A stretch of 62,802 nucleotides of DNA, counting the filler, from Dugesia japonica (Eukaryota), in assembly GCA_001938525.1 (NCBI GenBank). It is 6 parts of 6 records of this genome, joined end to end, with 100 filler letters (N's around TTAATTAATTAA, not from the genome) between each part and the next. Parts side by side here need not be neighbours in the genome. Positions count along the whole stretch, not along the records: positions 32,416 to 42,030 come from MQRL01593305.1; positions 42,131 to 53,566 come from MQRL01623142.1; 4 more parts are not named here. The stretch is one strand, 5' to 3'. Shown piece after piece: positions 38,601 to 50,167 of the stretch. The notes beneath the pieces are model-generated. The model saw only the letters and a list, made by a program, of their open reading frames with translations, ran no database searches and had not been told where the DNA came from. The stretch's first letter is position 1; the number at the start of each line of letters is the position of its first letter. The translations under genes were made by a program, and so were the position numbers.

Positions 38601-39713
38601 CGCCGAACAGATAAAGAGGATTAATGCTCTGCAGATACGCGTCGAACAGCAGGAAAGCCAACATCAATCGCAAGTGACGGAGATTACTAGATGGCAGCAG
38701 GAGCGTGAAAAGGAACTAGTAACATTTTTAATACGAGTAACAGAACTCGCCAAGCAGCAGCAAATAGTTATTCAGTCCATGAGAACAACACAACGCGAGG
38801 CGGGAAAATATACCTAGCTCTCGGAAAGACTAGCCTGTAAGGTAAGGTTGAAACAGTGCTCCAGCAAGTGCTTGCACCTTTGGACGAGACAGTAGACATT
38901 GTGGAGACAATAATGTGATCCTTGTGACATCAGCAATATAATTTTAGTTAATGAATTTCTGGTCTTAATTTTCTGTTTAAAGTATTAGAGATAAATTTCA
39001 TCTTAAGCTATAATGAGTTAACTTATGAAGTTCTGGTTAACTAATGAAGGATTTTACATTAATTAATTATTTATTTAAGAATACTTATCAAATGCTATAT
39101 CTCAATTATTTCTAGTGACCGAGGCAACGAAACTCATTGATACATCTATGACCGACATTAAAGTCAAATGGTTCGCCATACAGCGAAAATTAAAAAGTGA
39201 GATCATGGAGTTACAGCAAAGAAATCTACAGCTCAAGAATAAAATGGACAAGATCAAAGAAAGAGAGCTGGCACTATCGCAAACATGCCGGGCTATGGCT
39301 GACGTATGCTGATCGGGAAGGAGTGCTGATATCCACGGTTCGCACCTTTACCCAGGTATCGAGACCAGTCAAAGAAATCAACCAAGAAAAAGACATTATT
39401 AATATCGACGAATGATTGTTATGAAATAAAGTTTATTCATAAAATGTTGTATTCAGTGAGTATATTATTGTACAATAACATCCACAATTTGAGAGCCAGA
39501 CTTCAACGAAATTGAAAACTAAGACGGGATACCACGTAGTCCGCTGGAACCGGGAAAAGGAAGATCGTGTTACTAGAGAGAGTAACACAAATTCCTGTCA
39601 TCCCCCGGACAGTACAGATAATCGAAAGAGAAAGCAGTTAGGATTAAGAGAATGAAATTAAAAGCAATACAATCGAATATTAAAACAAAATTAAAAAGCC
39701 TAGCAACCCAACA
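35689..39713 (+). mobile_element. 4,025-bp TG...CA element (giant solo LTR or non-autonomous Ginger-like element) with a CTAA target-site duplication
   Basis: ctaa|tgttggg at 35685-35695 and cccaaca|ctaa at 39707-39717. Both flanks are the same T-rich sequence type, and the strand skew flips at both junctions. Confidence 0.85.
38380..39415 (+). pseudogene. Spliced coiled-coil gene inside the 4-kb element
   Basis: Acceptors tttacag|38380 and tttctag|39116, candidate donor gtaagg ~38842. Q/E/K-rich heptad-like products. One premature stop (38815) and one frameshift (~39305). AATAAA at 39425. Confidence 0.6.
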
Positions 39714-42130
39714 CTAATATACCTAATTACTTTATTCATTTTAATTTTTTTAGGTCTATTTCACTTTTATAATACTTTAATTTTATTTAGTCATAATATA
39801 GTCATAATATCCATTCTGTATTTTAATCAATATTCTTAATTCACCGTTAATTTTATTCTTATATTCTTACTTTATCACGATTTCATTATCCTTTAATTTA
39901 TTTTAAGTTTCTTAGTTTACTTTACATCACAATATAATAACAAGGCTAATAATAATAANNNNNNNNNNNNNNNNNNNNNNNNNNNNNNNNNNNNNNNNNN
40001 NNNNNNNNNNNNNNNNNNNNNNNNNNNNNNNNNNNNNNNNNNNNNNNNNNNNNNAATAACAATAAATTATAATAATGATAATTAATAATCACTAATTATT
40101 AATCATAACGTTATCAAATATTCATTATGTATCATGGTAATACTGAAATGGTAATATTTTTCTTTTTAAATTTGTTTATTCACCTAAATTTTACAATATA
40201 TCGCCATTTTATCAACTACATTTATTTAAAAATGCTCTTCAATTTATAAAAAACATGTTTTTATTGAATGTGATTATTATACAATTCGAAACAAGAAGCA
40301 ACTCAATTTTTTTACATTATTTACGTAATTATTTGCACTTGCTGTCTATATGAAGAAGTAATTTTATATATATATTTTTCTTTTAAAAATTTTTTCAAAA
40401 TATATTTTCATTGATGGTGGAATTTCGTTTTCAAATAAACGAAAGTGTTCCGAAGTGGTCAATGTCGGTAACAGATCCAGGTATTTCAATAGCCATTCAG
40501 AGGGATTCCAACCATTTTAATCATCAAAATAATTGCGAATGATATAATGGTCCTTCTTAGGACCACAATCACTGATTGTCATATAACGAAGAGATCTGGT
40601 TGTTGTTTTTTTTATTATAATTGTAATAGTAACTATAATAATTTATTTCTTTTCAAGTCAATCCCAAGCAGTATAACTTTATAAAAACCTGCGATAATTC
40701 ATACCATTATTAATATAATTCATGCCATATTTATAAGTTTATACTATTGATAGTTAAAACAATAATAATTTAAGGTGTTGATATTTTGCTGAGATACCAT
40801 AATATTTTAAAATAGTTTATTTTGAGAATTCAGGCACAAATTTCTATAAATCATATTCAATAAAAAACCTTATTTTATAAATTTATTTCCAAGCCCTTAT
40901 TTTAATATCTGATTTTTATTTATTTTGAATCTCCCTTAATTCCTACAGATGTTTAGTTATGTGAGAAGAGCATTTTGTTTTGAATCTATGAATAAGTTTG
41001 TCATTAACAAATTGAATTGGATGAGGTCTGACTGAAGAAAGGTTAAAAACCTAGAAAGTGTCACAATGCATTTATTATTAATTAAAATATTAAAATTGAC
41101 ATGGGTTAATTCCAAGCAGGCAATAATTACACGGATCTTATCAAAATTTCCATTGGTCATCAATAATTCAGTATTTAAAGAGAAATTTTGCAATGAATTT
41201 TGACCTGTGTAATTTATAAGCATGTAAAGTCAGACCACGTCCTAAAAACTTTCAAAGCACAATTGATACTATTACAAATTATACTAACTAGCCCCAATCC
41301 CATCTATGCTTCCACAATTACTTATATTTTACCGCTAAAACAATTTATTTAACAATTTAGCGGTCATATAATTCAAGCGGAAACTCTTTTTATGTCGTGA
41401 TTAAATTGAATATGGACACCGCCTACTTTTTACATTAAGAAAAGAAAAATCTACATACCAGCTGAGCCCCCAAAATTCTTGTTGGGGTCTTATCTAAGTG
41501 AGTTGACAAAAATCTAGGGTAATTGACTCATAGCTTCAGTACAGACTCGCACCCCTTTGGTTCGGGTTCGTTTCACATGATACTCGCCTGATTTAAATCC
41601 TACTTATTAATCATTAATTTATTCGATTTCAATTTATAACTGATTTTTATGAATTTCTATTATCAATCAGTTGAGTCCTAAATAATTATAAACTTTTTTT
41701 AATGCGTATCTAGCTGAGTTCATTTAATTACTACTTTAATATATAAAAATCAATACCTTAAGTTTTAAAGTTATCAANNNNNNNNNNNNNNNNNNNNNNN
41801 NNNNNNNNNNNNNNNNNNNNNNNNNNNNNNNNNNNNNNNNNNNNNNNNNNNNNNNAAAAATAACAACACTAACGTAATCTGGATACCGATTTGGAGCAAG
41901 CACAAGAGCATAACATCCATTCCATTCGTCCACAAGTGACTCCAGAGGTTCACCATAGTAGGAGGATAGGTGTACACCGGATCGGAAGTGACGCAATCAC
42001 CGTTCACGCCTCTTTATGTAAATAACAATANNNNNNNNNNNNNNNNNNNNNNNNNNNNNNNNNNNNNNNNNNNNTTAATTAATTAANNNNNNNNNNNNNN
42101 NNNNNNNNNNNNNNNNNNNNNNNNNNNNNN

Positions 42131-42331
42131 GTCGAAACCAGGGTTGACATTCTCCCCACTAAATCGAAGAAAGATGTTTTACAGTTTAGAGGATTACTGA
42201 ATTATTATAGGCTTCATATCAATAATTTCAATGTGTAGAGAGCTTCAAGAAATTAAAAGAGATGCTGGCGACAATACTTATATTGAGAACAGTAGACCAT
42301 GCTAAAATATTAATGTTCAGACAGAGGCCTC
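42131..42331 (+). pseudogene. Gypsy pol fragment (RT thumb/RNase H connection)
   Basis: PTKSKKDVLQFRGLLNYYRLHINNF / SFKKLKEMLATILILRTVD / VQTEAS matches P...K.V..FLGL.NYYR.FI.NF..F..LK..L...P.L..TDAS. Confidence 0.75.
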
Positions 42332-43931
42332 NNNNNNNNNNNNNNNNNNNNNNNNNNNNNNNNNNNNNNNNNNNNNNNNNNNNNNNNNNNNNNNNNNNNN
42401 NNNNNNNNNNNNNNNNNNNNNNNNNNNNNNNNNNNNATAGGAAAAGAACTATACACAATTCAATTTCATTTCCATATATTTTTAAATTCCAATTTTAATC
42501 TGAGTCAATAAATTTTATCGACTTTCTATTCTTATATATAGTTGATATATTATATTATAGAGTTTTTAGTTTAAATTGTTTTTAAATTATGTCTATTTTT
42601 TTATTTGATATTTATTTTTTTACTTGATAAATGTTTTTTAATTAATGAATATTTTCAAAATATAAATACACTGACTTTTAAACAGATAAAAAATGACATA
42701 AATAATAAAAAACAACTAATGAAAGAAAAGCTATTGTAGTTGATTTCTTGAAAAACAAATTAAGGACGAATAATCTTGTTTCCTGATGAAACAGGATAAA
42801 GAGTTATGAGGAGTTACATGTTGCCATAAAGAGTTACCACCCTTTATGAAAAGGTCAGAAAACGGGGAAAAGCAATTTAAATAACATCTAGAATTAAATC
42901 GAGAAACAAAATGTTGAAAGAATAATTACCAATAACACCATAAAATGCTTAGTAGGTATAAATGTATTTGAAGAATATAATTGTTTTTAACGTTTTTTTT
43001 AGATGAGTTTGAAGTTCTCATCGGATCACTAATGTCAAAACTCATTTCCATAAAAGATTTATTCACCAAACAAATACTATATCCAACACTATTTGTTTAT
43101 TCAAAAAAATTAAAATTCCATATTTTAATTGGTAGAAATTTTTCAAATATTAAAATTTTAAACAAAATTTTTACTTTATTAATTATTCGTCATTTAAAAT
43201 TTAAAACAGAATGCACATTCACCATTTAAATTTTCATTCCAAATTTAAATATTTTTAAATAAAAAGATTTTAAGAAAAATTATTTCCAATCACACAAAAA
43301 TTTCAACTCGCTTTTCAAAACATAATCACGATTTTAGTTATATTTATTATTATTATTTAGATATTATTGTTTTATCTGGTTAAAAATCAGTGTATTATAT
43401 TTTAAAAGTATTCATTAATTTAAAAAAAATAAATATCAATTAAAATAAACAAAATTAAACTAAAAATGTGTGATATATATGATATATATGTGTGAATGGA
43501 TGTATGTATGTACATGCAATTTTATATGAAAAATTTCACAATTTTATAACAAAAAAAAATTTATATAATAAAAGTAACATTTTATAATAAAAAATTTAAT
43601 ACAACCAGTAAATAATAAATATTTTCTAGGAGTATTTTTAACGTATATAAAATTTTATAATATGTATTTTTTAAAATAAATTATAAAAGTGAATTTTAAA
43701 TATTAAACAATTTAAACATTTCTCTAACNNNNNNNNNNNNNNNNNNNNNNNNNNNNNNNNNNNNNNNNNNNNNNNNNNNNNNNNNNNNNNNNNNNNNNNN
43801 NNNNNNNNNNNNNNNNNNNNNNNNNNNNNNNNNNNNNNNNNNNNNNNNNNNNNNNNNNNNNNNNNNNNNNNNNNNNNNNNNNNNNNNNNNNNNNNNNNNN
43901 NNNNNNNNNNNNNNNNNNNNNNNNNNNNNNN

Positions 43932-44700
43932 TTGTTTTCAAGTATAAGTCGTCGAATTTTTGGCCGAATTGCATTTTCTCAAGTTTATTCTTTTTCTTCA
44001 AATTTTCAACTGTTTTGCCGAATAAGCTGTTGTTCATGAGCTTATAGTAATTTTTTGTCGATTTCATTTATTGTCTTGTGAAAATTTAACTGCCTCGTGA
44101 ACTGTTATAACTTGCGCATTTAGCTGCAAGTCAATTTGCAACAGTCTTTAGTTCACTACATAGTTAATCTTTAGATAATGAGTAAACATCAATTTTTTAC
44201 TTTGTTTCCTGGAGCACATTGATGTTCAGATTTAATGGGCAGGTGACTGTGATAATCCTGAAGTTTGTTGGGAATCACAATGTCAACTTCTAGAATGTAT
44301 CCGTACTGTAAAGAATGTATATTGGCATATGTACATTCTTCTAACACTACTTTTAATCCGCTTTATCATAAGCTGCGTTAGAATCCATTCCTTTCAATGT
44401 TTTTATTCATACGCCTATCCAAATTAACTACGGCAGTGTAATGAAACCTTTGTTCATCTTCTAATAATAGTAAATATATTTTCTTACCTTGGTTATTTAG
44501 ATGTATGAACTATTTCAAGATTTGCATGTTTCATTACAACGTCATAGTCTTCAACAGTTTGTGTGTTTCGAAACAAGACATTGATTAATAGTCGTGGGTT
44601 TTGCTTTTCAAATACCAAGATATTCGCCAGCTACATTGGCATATCCTTTCATTAAATACAATCTCCATCGGATATTCTTTACATTTTGTTGTTCAATGTT
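43932..44700 (-). pseudogene. Old, deleted protein-primed PolB gene (Polinton/adintovirus type)
   Basis: FEKQNPRLLINV..IYLLLL..HYTAVVNLDR (N-terminal part), YGYILEVDIVIPNKLQDYHSHLP and KNYYKLMNNSLFGKTVEN (motif B), with stops and large deletions. Confidence 0.85.
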
Positions 44701-44739
44701 TATTACTATTTACAATTACATATCATTTAGATAAAACAT

Positions 44740-47236
44740 AAACTAAAATATTCTGAACATTAATTATTGCTTGTTTCCTCACAAGATTATTAAGGGTTAG
44801 AATACAACTGCTTCCCGTAAGCCGATTATTATTGCTAATTTTTGTAATCTTAAAAGATAGTCTCCAACTATATTCTAATTAAGATCTGATAATAATCTTT
44901 TCATTCAATAAATTAACATCTTTCACGAAGAACATATCGCTTAAGAAGACTGCTCTATTCGANNNNNNNNNNNNNNNNNNNNNNNNNNNNNNNNNNNCTC
45001 TGTGTGTATTCTAAATTGTATTTTGCAATCTACATTTCTGTGATTATTTGGAATTATTTTTCTATCCAACTATTCGCTAGAATTATATGTTTCATATTTA
45101 ATTTGGACACATAAAGTTTCAATATTTAATGACACTTATATAGGTCAGTTTCTATAGAAGGTTCATTAAAAGAACCGCCAATGTTTATATTTTCTTCATC
45201 TAAAATTTTTTTGTAANACTATATTTCCAAATCCTACTGTCCTATCCTCTTCATTCATTTCTTCGATCATTTAATTATTACTCAAATCTTCTTCTGGATC
45301 ATCAATAACCTCAGGTTCACTATTTTTTATGACAATCACTTCCAGATCTAATTTCATTTTCATACAAGAAAATTCTTCCAATAATAATTGCTTTTTACTA
45401 AAAATNNNNNNNNNNNNNNNNNNNNNNNNNNNNNNNNNNNNNNNNNNNNNNNNNNAAACTAAAATATTCTGAACATTAATTATTGCTTGTTTCCTCACAA
45501 GATTATTAAGGGTTAGAATACAACTGCTTTCCGTAAGCCGATTATTATTGCTAATTTTTGTAATCTTAAAAGATAGTCTCCAACTATATTCTAATTAAGA
45601 TCTGATAATAATCTTTTCATTCAATAAATTAACANCTTTCACGAAGAACATATCGCTTAAGAAGACTGCTCTATTCGATAATGTACATGTTTTAACTTCT
45701 TCATCTCTGAAAACTCTGTGTGTATTCTAAATTGTATTTTGCAATCTACATTTCTGTGATTATTTGGAATTATTTTTCTATCCAACTATTCGGTAGAATT
45801 ATGTTTCATATTTAATTTGGACACATAAAGTTTCAATATTTGATGACACTTATATAGGTTAGTTTCTATATAAGGTTCATTAAAAGAACCGCCAATGTTT
45901 ATATTTTCTTCGTCTAAAATTTTTTTGTAAAACTATATTTCCATCTCCTACTGACCTATCCTCTTCATTCATTTCTTCAATTATTTAATTATTACTCAAA
46001 TCTTCTTCTGGTTCATCAATAACCTCAGGTTTACTATTTTTGATAACAATCACTTCCGGATCTAATTTCATTTTCATACAAGAAAATTCTTCCAATAATA
46101 ATTGCTTTTTACTAAAAATAAAACGGGTTAAGTGACGTGCGTGCAAACTATAAAATTTGTTATATGTACTTAAACTTAGTGTAAGGGATGAAGTATTTCT
46201 CTCGTAATAAATAAGACTAATATTCCTGCATTATTTCATGACAGTCAACATTATGTCTAATGTTTGTACAAGAGGTTTTGTATATTGCACAATTATCTAA
46301 AAGTATATTTATTTTATAAAAGTTGAATAATTAAAATATAAATCAATAAAATCGTCAACAAAAGTCATTAAAAGTATTATCGAAACTTGAAAATATTTAC
46401 AGCATCGAAATAAACTCAACATATTTATTACTCTTAAAAATAAAATTCTATAAAAAATTAAGAAATAAATCTCATAAAAAGTAATAACAAAATATATATT
46501 ATTGAAATAAATTCAACAATCGTCAAAAAATAAAGTCATTAAGTTAAATCATTAAATTGAATTGATATCATTACGTTAAAATTTGATATTATGTTAAATT
46601 TTAAACATTACTATTAAAATTGTGATAATTGACTTAGCAAGGTAAATAAAATCATTAAAGTAGAAAATTTTAAAAAAAAAGGAAAATATTACATAAAAGT
46701 TATTAAATTATTGAATCATTAACTTAAAATGAAATTATTAACTTAANNNNNNNNNNNNNNNNNNNNNNNNNNNNNNNNNNNNNNNNNNNNNNNNNNGATC
46801 TAATTTCATTTTCATACAAGAAAATTCTTCCAATAATAATTGCTTTTTACTAAAAATAAAACGGGTTAAGTGACGTGCGTGCAAACTATAAAATTTGTTA
46901 TATGTACTTAAACTTAGTGTAAGGGATGAAGTATTTCTCTCGTAATAAATAAGACTAATATTCCTGCATTATTTCATGACAGTCAACATTATGTCTAATG
47001 TTTGTACAANAGGTTTTGTATATTGCACAATTATCTAAAAGTATATTTATATTATAAAAGTTGAATAATTAAAATATAAATCAATAAAATCGTCAACAAA
47101 AGTCATTAAAAGTATTATCAAAACTTGAAAATATTTACAGCATCGAAATAAACTCAACATATTTATTACTCTTAAAAATAAAATTCTATAAAAAAATAAG
47201 AAATAAATCTCATAAAAAGTAATAACAAAATATATA
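44740..47236. repeat. Near-identical duplicated blocks across gaps (44740-45405 vs 45455-46120; 46059-46498 vs 46797-47236)
   Basis: Almost base-identical copies with a few SNPs, separated by 50-N gaps. Likely uncollapsed haplotypes or scaffold overlaps. Confidence 0.85.
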
Positions 47237-47254
47237 AGTAGATAGTAAATACCC

Positions 47255-47500
47255 TAAATTAGGACAGGGTAATTTTTTTACCGAAAATTTTTGAGTGTTA
47301 AATTTTGAGTGTAAATTTTTGAGTGTAAAATTTTGAGTGTAAAATTTTTTTACTAAAATTTTTTAACCAAAATTTTTTTACCAAAATTTTTTTACTAAAA
47401 TTTTTAATGTAAGTGTTAAGTGTAGATACTAAATTAGGACAGGGTATTTTTTACCAAAATAAATTTTAATGCAAGTGTGATATTAAATTAGGACAGGGTA
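47255..47500 (+). repeat. Terminal repeat motifs of the Polinton
   Basis: taaattaggacagggta occurs three times (47255, 47430, 47484), aaattttgagtgt-like units four times, and aaaattttttt(a)c several times. Confidence 0.85.
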
Positions 47501-47545
47501 TTTTTTATCGAAAAATAAAAATGTTTCAAATTTTTTCTATAGAAA

Positions 47546-48178
47546 ATGAGTGCACAGAAAAAAGTTATTCAAGAGAAAAAAGTTGTTCCACAAGAAAAAG
47601 TAACATCTGAATTAACTTTAGTTACATTAATAAAATCAATACAAGGTTTTGATAAAACAGAAGAGTTGAATATTAATGAATTAAAAGAATATTTAAAAAA
47701 TGATTTAACAAGAGAAATTGCAGAAGGTTATTTAAATTATCTTAACGATTTGTATAAAAAATTAGAAGAATTAAAATTACCAGAAGAAAATAAAAATTTG
47801 TTTAAAAAGTTAATAACTATTNNNNNNNNNNNNNNNNNNNNNNNNNNNNNNNNNNNNNNNNNNNNNNNNNNNNNNNNNNNNNNNNNNNNNNNNNNNNNNN
47901 NNNNNNNNNNNNNNNNNNNNNNNNNNNNNNNNNNNNNNNNNNNNNNNNNNNNNNNNNNNNNNNNNNNNNNNNAAGAAAAATTAAAACCTGTAAAAATTGG
48001 TGATTATATATTTTCAGTTCATTATTCTCCTGGTGAAAAGAGAAATGTTACTGGAAAACGTATAAATGTTTTAAGTGAAAATTTAAATCCAAACAAACTT
48101 TCATCAGAAAAATTCAAACGTATTCCAGCTTTAAAACAAATTACGGGATTTGATAGAGTATATGTTAAAAAAGCTTAA
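47546..48178 (+). CDS. Hypothetical viral protein (K/E-rich, gapped)
   Basis: First ORF after the terminus; frame open on both sides of an N gap; no motif recognised. Confidence 0.55.
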   Translation: MSAQKKVIQEKKVVPQEKVTSELTLVTLIKSIQGFDKTEELNINELKEYLKNDLTREIAEGYLNYLNDLYKKLEELKLPEENKNLFKKLITIXXXXXXXXXXXXXXXXXXXXXXXXXXXXXXXXXXXXXXXXXXXXXXXXXXXEKLKPVKIGDYIFSVHYSPGEKRNVTGKRINVLSENLNPNKLSSEKFKRIPALKQITGFDRVYVKKA

Positions 48179-48185
48179 TAAATAA

Positions 48186-48303
48186 ATGGATACAGTTTTC
48201 TATAAAATATTAAGTAATTACAATTTTAAAAACAACTCTATACAAAATTTTTGTAAAGTAAATAATTTCAACGAAAAAACAGTAAAGAAATATTTAAAGA
48301 AAT
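48186..48303 (+). CDS. Start of a small HTH-like viral ORF (rest lies in the gap)
   Basis: MDTVFYKIL..SIQNFCKVNNFNEKTVKKYLKK has a helix-turn-helix-like pattern and starts 7 bp after the previous stop. Confidence 0.35.
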
Positions 48304-48577
48304 NNNNNNNNNNNNNNNNNNNNNNNNNNNNNNNNNNNNNNNNNNNNNNNNNNNNNNNNNNNNNNNNNNNNNNNNNNNNNNNNNNNNNNNNNNNNNNNNN
48401 NNNNNNNNNNNNNNNNNNNNNNNNNNNNNNNNNNNNNNNNNNNNNNNNNNNNNNNNNNNNNNNNNNNNNNNNNNNNNNNNNNNNNNNNNNNNNNNNNNNN
48501 NNNNNNNNNNNNNNNNNNNNNNNNNNNNNNNNNNNNNNNNNNNNNNNNNNNNNNNCACTAAAATATTTCTTTATAAA

Positions 48578-50155
48578 ATGGATACTATTGATTTAGACAA
48601 TAATATTGAATTTTCACATTCAGCAATTAAAAATGATATACTTAAAATTTCACCTTCATCAGGTTCAATAAATAATTTAAATGCAAATGGTGATGTGGTA
48701 TTTCAATCTTTACAATCTACAAATCCATTAGACATTTGCAATTCATTATTATATTTCAGAATTGAGATCAATATCCCAGAAGCATCAAAAGATAAAATAA
48801 CATTAGAAAATAATTTCTTTCCAAGTTTATTTAAATCTATGAGATTAACNTTAGGATCATCTCATATAGAAACTGTAAGTGATCCAGGAGTAATTTCAAC
48901 AATGTTAAATTTTATAACCACAACTGAAACATATAAAAAAGAATATGGTCAAATGTCAGGTTGGTTACCAGATATTAATAAAGGAGATACTGAAGTAAAA
49001 AGTTGGGAAAATAATTTAGGTTATTATAATAGAAAGAAACTTTATGCAACTAATAAATTTGAAGGTTATTTTCAATTAAGAAATTTATTTGGTTTCATGC
49101 AAAATTATAATCGACTTTTATATAATACAATGATANNNNNNNNNNNNNNNNNNNNNNNNNNNNNNNNNNNNNNNNNNNNNNNNNNNNNNNNNNNNNNNNN
49201 NNNNNNNNNNNNNNNNNNNNNNNNNNNNNNNNNNNNNNNNNNNNNNNNNNNNNNNNNNNNNNNNNNNNNNNNNNNNNNNNNNNNNNNNNNNNNNNNNNNN
49301 NNNNNNNNNNNNNNNNNNNNNNNNNNNNNNNNNAAATCAAATTTAGATGCTGGAGGTTATTATTCAATTAAAATTAGTAGTTTAGCATATCAACCAAGAT
49401 TTATTTTAATTTGTATAAAAGATTCAGAAATTTCATTTCAAAAGAATAATAATTTATTTATACAAAAATCTACAACAACCATAAAAGGTGTTGCACCAGC
49501 AGCAAATACAATAAAAAATCATTATTTGAAATCTATACAATTACAATTAAATAATACTTATTATCCAATTAATGAATGTNNNNNNNNNNNNNNNNNNNNN
49601 NNNNNNNNNNNNNNNNNNNNNNNNNNNNNAAACCAATTCAAGTTTCATATTTAAATAGATTATCTGCCAAATCAAATTTAGATGCTGGAGGTTATTATTC
49701 AATTAAAATTAGTAGTTTAGCATATCAACCAAGATTTATTTTAATTTGTATAAAAGATTCAGAAATTTCATTTCAAAAGAATAATAATTTATTTATACAA
49801 AAATCTACAACAACCATAAAAGGTGTTGCACCAGCAGCAAATACAATAAAAAATCATTATTTGAAATCTATACAATTACAATTAAATAATACTTATTATC
49901 CAATTAATGAATGTAAATTTAACATGGAAAATAATGAGATGGTTTTTCCTTATATGAATTATGTAAAATGTTGTCGAGAATTTTTTAATAAAATGAATAT
50001 TAATAATGTTGATGTTACACTTCATTTAACAAAAGATCCAGATTTTTAAAGGAACTCTTTATTGGTGTATTCTTGAAGAGAAATATATTGAAATGAAATT
50101 AGCAAATAATAAAATTGTTATGATTGAAAATGTAAGAGGAGTTGATATCAAATAA
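48578..50155 (+). CDS. Major capsid protein (double jelly-roll, adintovirus hexon/Polinton MCP type); gapped, partly duplicated in the assembly, one late frameshift
   Basis: NLNANGDVVF..NSLLYFRIEI..ITLENNFFPSLFKSMRL.LG...IETVSDPGVISTMLNFI, F.LRNLFGFMQNYNRLLYN, PRFILI, LKSIQLQLNNTYYP and MVFPYMNY follow the Polinton MCP pattern. Confidence 0.85.
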
Positions 50156-50167
50156 TAAATATAATAA

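Noticed and set aside
40400-41330. Coding-looking minus-strand sequence including ORF 40957-41223
   Set aside because: Multiple stops and no motif recognised.
43932-47236. Treating the minus-strand pPolB as the polymerase of the 47237-53566 element
   Set aside because: It lies outside the mapped left terminus and is far more decayed; it is probably an older element that served as the target.
49334-49915. Apparent internal duplication in the major capsid gene
   Set aside because: Identical copies on either side of a 50-N gap; most likely a scaffolding overlap.
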